64,000 bases of DNA, taken from the NCBI GenBank assembly GCA_014730165.1, contig WJIS01000022.1:14396-78395 (forward strand). The letters are read 5' to 3'. Source of the DNA: Promethearchaeota archaeon (GTDB taxonomy: Archaea > Asgardarchaeota > Lokiarchaeia > Sigyniarchaeales > SOKP01). Below are positions 18,967 to 27,790 of the stretch, piece after piece; the stretch's first letter is position 1, and each line of letters begins with the position of its first letter. The position numbers and the translations under genes are program-made. The notes beneath the pieces were generated by a model, which worked only from the letters and a program-made list of their open reading frames with translations, did no database searches and was not told the origin of the DNA.

Positions 18967-19965
18967 TTATCGATTTAAATCTATTTTTATATCCTTAAAT
19001 TCTTTTTCTTGGCTTAGATCTATTTTATTGTTTGTACTCAAGAACATTAGGGCTAGAAAAAGTCTAATCAACTCATATTTTCTTCCCAATCCTGATTCTT
19101 CCTCCGATTTGATCAAATCTGTGAGGTTAAAGAAACTAGTAGAGGAAAAATCATTAAAATTAATTTGAGCTCTTATTTTATTAAACCAACTTTCGAGTAA
19201 TTCATCAATGGATTCTTCTTTTCCTGTTATATGTTTTAGTAATTCTTTTGGTAATTTTGCCTCAGATTTCTTTTTTTTGCGTTGTTTTAATTTCTCTTCT
19301 CGTTTTAGTCTCCTTCTTTTTAGTTTCTCCTTTTTTTGCATTGTTTCTATGATAGCAGAGCGCATCGCGTCGAATAATTCATCCTTTGAAGTCATCTTTA
19401 GTTGCGGTTGTATTGGTTGAGTCATCGTTTTAGGAATTTTTCTTCGAGTCCGCTCTCTCATCTTTTCAAGTTCTTCTTCTTTTTGAATTTTTTCCTCTTC
19501 TTTTATAACGCTTGTAATTTTATGTCGATGTAAAGATGCCGAAGTCTTCAAAGCAATTCCAGAAACCTTATAATTAATAAAATCTTCATGGAGCATTTTA
19601 TTAAAAAATTTATCAACTAGTTCTGATAAGTCATAAAATGCTATATCAGAATCTTTTGCTAGATCAAGGTTTAGTAGCGTTGAATATGGTGGTTTTTGCC
19701 AAAATTTTAGCTCTTTTTTTCGAAATAACGGACTTTCTTTATCATCCTCATCATCAAATCCAGCAACAACTTCTTCTTCTAAGTTTTCCTCTTTTGTGCG
19801 ATCAACAAAATCAGGATGAGATACTACATCTTCTAATAAATTGATAATATCTTTCTTTCTGGACCCAGAAGGAATTGAAATGTTATTGATTGCAGCAAAA
19901 TCCCTTAATTCCTTAACCGTTAATTCCTTAAAGTTATATTCTGAAGAGAGTTCTTTTTCTTTCAT
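18967..19965 (-). CDS. scpA: Segregation and condensation protein A (ScpA kleisin) with N-terminal SAP/HeH-like motif
   Basis: The kleisin N-domain pattern is LDLAKDSDIAFYDLSELVDKFFNKMLHEDFINYKVSGIALKTSASLHRHK. A winged-helix-like C-terminus is present. The N-terminal LTVKELRDFAAINNISIPSGSRKKDIINLLEDVV resembles a SAP motif. Confidence 0.8.
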   Translation of the reverse strand: MKEKELSSEYNFKELTVKELRDFAAINNISIPSGSRKKDIINLLEDVVSHPDFVDRTKEENLEEEVVAGFDDEDDKESPLFRKKELKFWQKPPYSTLLNLDLAKDSDIAFYDLSELVDKFFNKMLHEDFINYKVSGIALKTSASLHRHKITSVIKEEEKIQKEEELEKMRERTRRKIPKTMTQPIQPQLKMTSKDELFDAMRSAIIETMQKKEKLKRRRLKREEKLKQRKKKKSEAKLPKELLKHITGKEESIDELLESWFNKIRAQINFNDFSSTSFFNLTDLIKSEEESGLGRKYELIRLFLALMFLSTNNKIDLSQEKEFKDIKIDLNR

Positions 19966-19987
19966 TTTCTTAAGAGTTAATAATATA

Positions 19988-22900
19988 TTAGGGTTGTGTT
20001 GGAACTTCTTCCATATCTAGAAGACGTTTTGCTTCCTCTTCTAAATCTACACTGAAAATATCTGTGATTCCACTTTGTTGCATAGATACCCCATAAATAC
20101 GATTTGAATTTACGATATTTTCTTCACGATGACTTATTACAAGAAATTGTGCTTGGCTTGAAAATTCCTTTATTACTTGGGAAACTCTGGCCACATTTAC
20201 GGAGTCAAGAGCTGCATCTATTTCGTCCATTACGTAAAAAGGCGCGGGGTAAAATTCCTGTACGGCAAAGATGAATGAGAGCGCCACCAACGTTTTTTCC
20301 CCTCCACTTAAGATTTCCAACGAGGAGATCTTTTTTCCTCGTGGTCGCGCTTCGATACTGATACCACCCTCAAAAGGTTTATCTGGACGATCTAGAATCA
20401 TTTTAGCGGACCCTCCCGGTGATAATTTCTGAAAGATTTTCGAGAATTCCCTATTGATTTCATGATACGCTTTCATAAAGGTTTTAGTTTTCTCGAGTTC
20501 AATTTTTTCTATCGCATCCAGGATTGATTTTCTCTCTCTTTGTATGGTTTGCCGTCGCATATCAATTTCATCAAATCGTTCTTTTACTGTATCATATTGT
20601 TCTATAGCTTTTAGGTTTACAGGTTCTAAAGCCTTTTTTTTATTCGTAGCTTTTGTGATGTCTGATTCTAATCCTTTTTCTGTCCAATCTTTACTAATCC
20701 TTGGTATTGAGCCAAAGTCCTTTGATCTTTGATATAAAGTTTCGATTTGATCATTAGTAATGATTTTCTTGGATTCGAAATTATTTAATTTGGATTTTTG
20801 CATTGATAAATCTGATTTTAAATCGCTAATCGATTCTTGATGCTTTTTTTGTTTCTGCCATGATTCTTCCTTTTCTTGTACAACTTTATCCAGTTCTTTT
20901 TGTTTTTCTTCTTTCTTTTTATTCTTTTCAGAGAGATCTTTTTCTACCTTCTCTATTTCTGATTCTAATTCTTCTATTTTGGAATTAGTCTGCTGAAGTT
21001 CTTCCGTAATGGATATTATCTTTTGTTCTCTTTCTTTGTTCTTTTTAAGTTCATTAAGATCTGCTTGAGCTTTATGTAATTCCTTATTTAACTTATTTAG
21101 GTTAGTTTGAGCTTCTTTTTGCGCGTTTAATTCTTTCGACTTATCTTCTTTAAGCGAATCAATTTGGTTTTGTGTCTTGTTTACTTCTTCTTGAAGATCA
21201 GCTACTTTTTTGTTTAATTCCTCAATTTGCTGTTTATTTTCTCCAATTTTTTTTTCTGATTCTATACTTTCATTTTTTAAGTCTTCAATAGAGTTAATGA
21301 TCCTCATAATATTCTCTAAAGATCTTAATTTGTCAAGTATTTTTTCTAATTCCTCGTTCTTCTTCTCTATATCAGATTGTAATTTTTCATTTATCTCCCA
21401 GAAACTATCTTTCTTGGAAGATAGAACTTCAATTTCATCTCGGACGGAATTTCTTTCATTTTCTAATGATTCTATTTTATTATTTATATTTGAAATCAAT
21501 TGTTTTTTTTCTTGAATGTTACTTTCTAAATTTTTAACCTTTCCATTTATATCTTCTATATTTTCAATTAAATTTTGAATTCCTTGGAGATCTTGTAGTT
21601 TGTCTTGAATTTCCTCTAATTCTTTCTGCTTCTCATCAATCTTTTCTTGCAAATCAGAAATCTTTACCCAATAATCTTCTTTATTCGTTTTTAATTCTTC
21701 AATAGTTTTATCTAATTCAATTTTCTTAAATGATTGTTTTTCAATTGAATCATTCCGTTCCTTGATTTCTTCTTCAGATTCTTCGACCTTGTTATTTAAA
21801 TCAGTAATCTTTTGATTAAGATCCTCAAGATTGTGAGTTGAATTCTTTAAATCTCGGGAATCATGATTTTTTTGAATGGTCAATTCAGAGATTCTTTTCT
21901 CAATTTTATTTAATTCACTGGTTTGTTTAGAGATATTTTGAGAGATATCTTCCAGTAGCTTATACAAATCTTGGCTTTTTGACATAGTTAATTTTCTTAA
22001 GGAAAGATGAACATTTTCAAGTATTTCCATTAAATCTTGTACAAAATTATCAAAATTGTTTGTAGAATCTTGAACAGCAACATCAACAGAGTCCTTTGCT
22101 CTATAAATAAGCTGGTCTATTGTTTCATCTGCATTATCAATAAAAAGAGATAAAGTTTGTACAATTGAATCTAATTCATTAACCATTTCATCCGATTCAC
22201 TCGATTCCTCAGTATTACAGGATGCTTCCTCCATCGTTTTCATAATATCTACTATATCTAAAATAAACTTTCTAAACTCCTCAGCAGACATATCTATTGC
22301 CTCGGAATTAGATTGTTGAATGTTTCCTTTTATTGATTCTACTGAAATATTTATATTTTGTGTGAGCATATTTAATATTTGAAGAATTCCATTGATATCA
22401 GATTTTTCTTGTTCATACTCCTTTTCTGCCAGTTGGATTTTATTCTCCATTCTTTTTTTTTCTGCTTTTGATTCCTCAATCCTTCTAATTACATTTTCTT
22501 TGCGATCTTCTAAGCTATTTAACTCATCTTCGAATGAGGAGATATTTTCATTCAAATCAGAGATTTGAAGCTCCGTTTTTTTCTTATTACGTTCCAGATA
22601 TTTTAAATCTTTTTTGTAAAGAGATAATTTTATTTCAATGTTAGAGATTTTAGAACTATTATCATTAATATCTGAATCAACTGCATCTTTCTTCATTTTA
22701 ACTAATTCTAATTCTTTCTCATTTTTCTTAAACTCATAATCTTTATTTTTTGATGTTTTTCTTAATTCTTCTAGTTCATTAGATAGTTGTTTTTTTTCAT
22801 TTACCAGCTTCTTAACTGCGGTCTCAATATCCTTTCCTTGACTTAATTCATTAATTCTTTTTTTCAAGTTTGATCGTTTTTCGGATAGTTCTTCGATTGA

Positions 22901-24460
22901 ATCCTTATTTAATTTTATCTCAGTAGTTAATGAAGAGAGTGTAGAATTGTTTTCAGAAATTTGAGATATCAAATTATTTTTCTCATTTTGTTTTTGACTG
23001 ATCTGTTCTTCAATAGAAATTCTTTTTTCATTCTCATTTGAGAGACGTGTTTTTAATTTTTCAATCTCCGCTCTTTTTTCATTTTCTTCTTGTTCTACTT
23101 TTTTAATAGCTTCTTCTATAGAATCGGATTTTCCTTGTAATTCATTTAATTCTTGTTCTAATTGTTCTCTTTTTTGAGAATTTTTTTCGATTGTCTCTTT
23201 AAGAAGATTTACTTTTGTTTCTAGAGAGGAAATTTGTTGCTTCAATTCAGAAATATCTGCTTTTATTTCAGATTTTTCGTTCTCAATTAAGGAAATTTGT
23301 TTTTCTATCTCAGTCTGAGCTTCTTGCCTTTTTTCTATTTCTTGTTTGGCAGTTTCAATTTTAGATTCGATTTCACTGATGCTTTCTTCTTGAGTAGTGA
23401 TTTTCTTCTCAAATGTTTCTCCTTCCTCAAGTTCCATTTGAAGTTCTTCAAGTTTAATTTTTTCTTGAGTTAATTTTTTTACTGATTTTTTAGCATGTTT
23501 AAGACTTGTTTGATTTGATGACAATTCTGTCTTTAGTTTTGTTATGGTTTCGTTAATTTCCTCTTTCTCTTTCTCTTTTTGAGAGATATTTCTTTCAATA
23601 TTTTCCATTACAACAGATTCTTGATCCAATATTTGTTGTTGTCTTGAAATCTTTTCATCCAATTCTTCTATAATTTTATTAGATTCTTCTATTTTTGATT
23701 CCAGTTCCTCCTCCTCTTTTCTCAATTTGTCGATTTTGAGAGCAATTAGCTTAGCATTTAATTTTTTGATTTGATCTTCTAATTCTTTCCATGCAAGAGC
23801 ATCGTTTTTCTCTCGCTCAACCTTTTTAAGTTGAGAGGATACCTCCTTGAATATCGCTTCAAATTGACTTAGATCGCGTTCCGCTTTTTCTAACTCTTTT
23901 GTAGTTTCCTCTTTCATCTGGTCATATTTTTGGAGACCGATTAACTCTTCAATAAAAATTCTTCTTTCTTCTGTATTCATGTGTGTTAATTCGACAATTT
24001 TACCTTGCAAAACGAATTGATTACTTCCATCAGGATCTATATTTGCTGAAGCTAAGGAATTTAATATTTGTTGTCGCGTAGCTATTTTATCATTCATTTT
24101 ATATTTATTTCCCTTATTTTTTCTCACTACTCTTGTTATTTGGAACTCATCAGTTCCACCAGGGAATATTCCCTCAGAATTGTCAAAATATAGGGTCACT
24201 GATGCTTTTTTTGCTGGATTCTTTCCTTTTGAACCCGCAAATATTAAATCCTCTAATTTCTCAGCTCTCATGGTCTTTTTAGAAAGCCTACCTAAGGCAA
24301 AACATAATGCATCAATTATATTAGACTTACCTGCTCCATTTGGACCTACTATACAAGTAAAACCAGGCGATAGTTTTACTGTAACAGTTCTGTCTCCAAA
24401 TGATTTAAAACCAGTCATGCTAATTCTTTTGATATATGTCAAAATAGATCTCCCAAACAA
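19988..24460 (-). CDS. smc: SMC (structural maintenance of chromosomes) ATPase, 1490 aa, atypical central region
   Basis: N-terminal head: GFKSFGDRTVTVKLSPGFTCIVGPNGAGKSNIIDALCFALG and QGKIVELTHMNTEERRIFIEELIG. C-terminal head: LSGGEKTLVALSFIFAVQEFYPAPFYVMDEIDAALD. The track start is TTG 24460; an alternative TTG at 24442 would give the typical MTYIKRI... N-terminus. Confidence 0.9.
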   Translation of the reverse strand: MFGRSILTYIKRISMTGFKSFGDRTVTVKLSPGFTCIVGPNGAGKSNIIDALCFALGRLSKKTMRAEKLEDLIFAGSKGKNPAKKASVTLYFDNSEGIFPGGTDEFQITRVVRKNKGNKYKMNDKIATRQQILNSLASANIDPDGSNQFVLQGKIVELTHMNTEERRIFIEELIGLQKYDQMKEETTKELEKAERDLSQFEAIFKEVSSQLKKVEREKNDALAWKELEDQIKKLNAKLIALKIDKLRKEEEELESKIEESNKIIEELDEKISRQQQILDQESVVMENIERNISQKEKEKEEINETITKLKTELSSNQTSLKHAKKSVKKLTQEKIKLEELQMELEEGETFEKKITTQEESISEIESKIETAKQEIEKRQEAQTEIEKQISLIENEKSEIKADISELKQQISSLETKVNLLKETIEKNSQKREQLEQELNELQGKSDSIEEAIKKVEQEENEKRAEIEKLKTRLSNENEKRISIEEQISQKQNEKNNLISQISENNSTLSSLTTEIKLNKDSIEELSEKRSNLKKRINELSQGKDIETAVKKLVNEKKQLSNELEELRKTSKNKDYEFKKNEKELELVKMKKDAVDSDINDNSSKISNIEIKLSLYKKDLKYLERNKKKTELQISDLNENISSFEDELNSLEDRKENVIRRIEESKAEKKRMENKIQLAEKEYEQEKSDINGILQILNMLTQNINISVESIKGNIQQSNSEAIDMSAEEFRKFILDIVDIMKTMEEASCNTEESSESDEMVNELDSIVQTLSLFIDNADETIDQLIYRAKDSVDVAVQDSTNNFDNFVQDLMEILENVHLSLRKLTMSKSQDLYKLLEDISQNISKQTSELNKIEKRISELTIQKNHDSRDLKNSTHNLEDLNQKITDLNNKVEESEEEIKERNDSIEKQSFKKIELDKTIEELKTNKEDYWVKISDLQEKIDEKQKELEEIQDKLQDLQGIQNLIENIEDINGKVKNLESNIQEKKQLISNINNKIESLENERNSVRDEIEVLSSKKDSFWEINEKLQSDIEKKNEELEKILDKLRSLENIMRIINSIEDLKNESIESEKKIGENKQQIEELNKKVADLQEEVNKTQNQIDSLKEDKSKELNAQKEAQTNLNKLNKELHKAQADLNELKKNKEREQKIISITEELQQTNSKIEELESEIEKVEKDLSEKNKKKEEKQKELDKVVQEKEESWQKQKKHQESISDLKSDLSMQKSKLNNFESKKIITNDQIETLYQRSKDFGSIPRISKDWTEKGLESDITKATNKKKALEPVNLKAIEQYDTVKERFDEIDMRRQTIQRERKSILDAIEKIELEKTKTFMKAYHEINREFSKIFQKLSPGGSAKMILDRPDKPFEGGISIEARPRGKKISSLEILSGGEKTLVALSFIFAVQEFYPAPFYVMDEIDAALDSVNVARVSQVIKEFSSQAQFLVISHREENIVNSNRIYGVSMQQSGITDIFSVDLEEEAKRLLDMEEVPTQP

Positions 24461-24585
24461 ATTGAAATATTATTACTATAATAACAAAGTAATATACGTT
24501 TAAATTTTTTATTTAAATATTTAAAAATTACCACTTTAAATGGAGAAATAAAAAGAAACAAAAAAATTGGATAAAACTTAGGATT

Positions 24586-25791
24586 TTAATTAAAATTTCC
24601 AAAAATAGCATCCACCATCGCTTTAAGTTTATGTGGATTTATCCCCATAAAAAAAATATTTTTTGCAATTCCCAGATGAGATTTTGATTCATTCAATGCG
24701 TTATTAATTTTTCTTGATTTACTCATTATACCTATATTATTCAGTAAATTAACTAGTTTTTTATACTCTTCAACATTTTTCTCATATTCCAAACTTTCAC
24801 ATGAAACGTCATATATCTCCTTTAATTGTTTCTCAGAAATATAATAATTCAAAGAATTTGAGATGAAATAATTTGTTAAATTGTCTAGAAAAATTAATGT
24901 AAATAAATTTTCTTCAGCAAGATAATTTAAAATATTAAATTCATCATGGGAGGGCATAGAATCTAAGTGGTTATGGGAGATTTCGACTATTTGATCATAA
25001 GATAAATTCTCTAAAGAATTAGTTTGTAGAAAAGGGTAGAGATCTCTTAAAATATATATACCTTTCCCAGGAATTGGTACATAATTCTCAAAAATTAGAT
25101 CTGATATAAATTCAATAAGTCCATTATCAATATGATGTTTAAAACTTAAATTAGCTCTCTGTTTAAGTATTTTAACTAGTTCTTTATATTTAAAATAAGA
25201 CAATTTTCTTTTAAAATCAAATTTTGATAAGAGATCCATAGCTGATCCTCGTAAAACTTTGTTTATTGTTGAAATTATAGAAATTTTTGATTCTTTTCCA
25301 AAAGCTAAAAATTTTTTAAAGACTGTAGGATCTAAATGCTCAGAATTATTTAAAATCAATATTATGTTTTTATCTACCTTTTTAATTGAAAGTTTGAGAA
25401 CACTCCATAATCTCGAAATTTTTGAATTCATAATTAAATTCATATCAAATTGAGGACTGTTAAGACTGAGGATCTTGCTAAGAGCAGATAATAAAATTTC
25501 CTCAATGGTTTTTTCTCTACAATCTAAAGTTATCCTCTTGTATGAATTAAGAGGGTTTCTTCTATTTATCAAATCCTTTAATACTTTATTAACAATTACT
25601 TTTTTGCCAATTCCAGCAATACCTTGATATAAAACATTTATTGAAAAATTATCTGATAATGAATCCCTTAGTATAGAAAATAAAGAAGTTTCTTCCTTTT
25701 TGCGATATAATAATTTTGGGGGAACGTAATTATCATTAAATAATGCTTTAGGACCTACATAATCCGATTGACATTTATTTTTACTTAACAT
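24586..25791 (-). CDS. cdc6: Orc1/Cdc6-family protein with degenerate Walker A/B motifs
   Basis: Family pattern: NYVPPKLLYRKKEETSLFSIL, VLYQGIAGIGKKVIV (GKK instead of GKT/S), ILILNNSEHLD (in place of LDEID), ISIISTINKV, KLSYFKYKELVKILKQRA, PGKGIYILRDL. Confidence 0.7.
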   Translation of the reverse strand: MLSKNKCQSDYVGPKALFNDNYVPPKLLYRKKEETSLFSILRDSLSDNFSINVLYQGIAGIGKKVIVNKVLKDLINRRNPLNSYKRITLDCREKTIEEILLSALSKILSLNSPQFDMNLIMNSKISRLWSVLKLSIKKVDKNIILILNNSEHLDPTVFKKFLAFGKESKISIISTINKVLRGSAMDLLSKFDFKRKLSYFKYKELVKILKQRANLSFKHHIDNGLIEFISDLIFENYVPIPGKGIYILRDLYPFLQTNSLENLSYDQIVEISHNHLDSMPSHDEFNILNYLAEENLFTLIFLDNLTNYFISNSLNYYISEKQLKEIYDVSCESLEYEKNVEEYKKLVNLLNNIGIMSKSRKINNALNESKSHLGIAKNIFFMGINPHKLKAMVDAIFGNFN

Positions 25792-25983
25792 TTATATCAT
25801 TTTAAATTTTATAGATCACTTAATGAAAGGATATTTAAACCCCACACAGAGTGAGGTGATTGGAAGTAAAAGTTTTTTTTTTAAATTCCATTAATCAATG
25901 ATAATAAGGAGTTCTTAAATGAACTGGTTTTATTATTTCTAATACTAATATTTATATAAGGAATCAACCATTTTAAATAAAAA

Positions 25984-26799
25984 ATGAAAGTTGCTTGTAT
26001 CCAACCCTCTATTCATGAAGAAATTGGTGATTGCTATAAAGAAGTTGAAAAATTACTCAAAGTTTTAGTAGATAAATATGGAAATTGTGATATTGCATGC
26101 TTACCTGAAAGATGGATTCCATTTTACAAAGAAATTGAAAAAAACTTCCAGAGTGAAAGAGGAGAGAATTATCAATTTATCGAAAAGATTGCTAGAAAGT
26201 ATAAAGTAGCTATACTCTCTGGAGCTATTTGGGAAAAAAGGAAAAACGAAAAGAAACCGTATATCACATGTTATTATTTCAATAATGAAGGAGAAGAGGT
26301 CGGAAGACAAGATAAAATTCATCTTTATACTTACGAAAAAAAATATTTTACTCCATCAAAAACTTTAAATCTTTTCAAATGGAATGAGAAAATTTTTTCA
26401 ATCCTTATATGTTTTGATGTCGCTTTCTATGAGACTCCGCGTTTATCTGCAGAGAATGGAGCAGAAATACTTTTCTCACCCACTCAGATACGATCAGATG
26501 GCATGGATAACTGGAAAATTTACCTCCAATCAAGAGCCTTAGAAAATAGAATCCCTATTGTTGCATGTAATACAGTTGGAAAAATAGGTAATAGAAAATT
26601 CGTTGGTAATAGTCAAATCATCTCTTTTATTGATACTGGTCAAATAACTCCTTCTAAACTCAAAATAGTCGAGGGTCCTTTAAATAAATCCGGACATATT
26701 TACAGTGACCTCAATATTGAATTTCCTAGAAAAATGAGAGAAATTCGCTTAAGAGAAAAAATTGAAAAGCAATCTATAAAGATTACAAAAAATTTCTGA
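25984..26799 (+). CDS. Carbon-nitrogen hydrolase (nitrilase superfamily)
   Basis: 271 aa. The E-K-C triad context is ACLPERW, DKIHLY, ILICFDVAFYE. Confidence 0.8.
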   Translation: MKVACIQPSIHEEIGDCYKEVEKLLKVLVDKYGNCDIACLPERWIPFYKEIEKNFQSERGENYQFIEKIARKYKVAILSGAIWEKRKNEKKPYITCYYFNNEGEEVGRQDKIHLYTYEKKYFTPSKTLNLFKWNEKIFSILICFDVAFYETPRLSAENGAEILFSPTQIRSDGMDNWKIYLQSRALENRIPIVACNTVGKIGNRKFVGNSQIISFIDTGQITPSKLKIVEGPLNKSGHIYSDLNIEFPRKMREIRLREKIEKQSIKITKNF

Positions 26800-26817
26800 T
26801 TTCTTGGAATGAGGTCT

Positions 26818-27555
26818 TCATTTCATATTTAACTCATCAATAATATCAAAAATCTTTTTTAAGCTTCTAATTTCGTAATCCGGTTTAAAATCTTTAGGAA
26901 ATTTTTTTTCTGAGGGATAAATATCATATTTGCCTCCTCTATGAATATAAACACTATGAATATTATTCTTTTTAGCAGGTATTATATCTTTATCTATTCT
27001 ATCACCGATATATATTGTTTCTTCTCCCTTTACTTTAAATTTTTTCAAAAAGTAATTAAATAATTCTGGATTTGGTTTCCTGATTCCGACTTCATCTGAA
27101 ATTACTACTAAATCTATTAATTTATCTATTTTTAATCTAATTATTTTTTCATATTGTTTTATTGGTATTCCATCAGTGATAACAGCGGTTTTTATTTTTC
27201 GATCCCTTAATTCTATTAAGGTTTCTTTAACATCATCATATAATTCGATAGAATCAATTTTTTCTTTATGATAGGCCATAACAGCTGATGCGATTAGTTT
27301 ATATTGAGTATTAAAGGACAATTTAACATTTTCATCCGTTTGGTTCAGTCTACGGATAAAATAATCATAATGATGGGAAAAATTGGAACCATATTCTTCC
27401 ACGATTTCCATTAGGATTGCAATAGCTTTATTCTTTTCAATTCTTAATCCTTGATCCAACATAGCATCAATCCCTTTAATTCTTGCACTTTCTGAAAGCC
27501 CCGTTGAATCAAACAAGCAATCATCTAAATCGAAACCAATTAATTTAATCAACAA
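26818..27555 (-). CDS. HAD-superfamily hydrolase
   Basis: 245 aa. Motif I IGFDLDDCLFD, motif II AVITDG, motifs III/IV KPNPELF ... GDRIDKDI. Confidence 0.8.
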   Translation of the reverse strand: MLIKLIGFDLDDCLFDSTGLSESARIKGIDAMLDQGLRIEKNKAIAILMEIVEEYGSNFSHHYDYFIRRLNQTDENVKLSFNTQYKLIASAVMAYHKEKIDSIELYDDVKETLIELRDRKIKTAVITDGIPIKQYEKIIRLKIDKLIDLVVISDEVGIRKPNPELFNYFLKKFKVKGEETIYIGDRIDKDIIPAKKNNIHSVYIHRGGKYDIYPSEKKFPKDFKPDYEIRSLKKIFDIIDELNMK

Positions 27556-27790
27556 AATCTCGCATCCATGAAGAGTGGTTAATTTATGTTATTTTATTAG
27601 ATTATGTCTTTAATAAATTATTCATTTTTAAATATTAATCTACCATTTGTAGTTTATTCACAAAAATTTATTAATTCATTATTTGTTTTAATCAATAATA
27701 GAAACCATTATCATTATTGTTGAAGAAAATTCTGTTGGAGTATTTATCGTATTAAAGTCCTATGTGATAAGAAATTAAATAATAATAGAG

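Noticed and set aside
24461-25983. A possible replication origin flanking the Orc1/Cdc6-like gene (AT-rich intergenics 24461-24585 and 25792-25983, with a CCACTTTAAATGG near-palindrome and a CCCACACAGAGTGAGGTGATTGGAAG patch).
   Set aside because: I found no repeated or inverted ORB or mini-ORB copies. Each motif occurs only once, and the encoded Orc1 looks ATPase-dead. The evidence is insufficient for an origin call.
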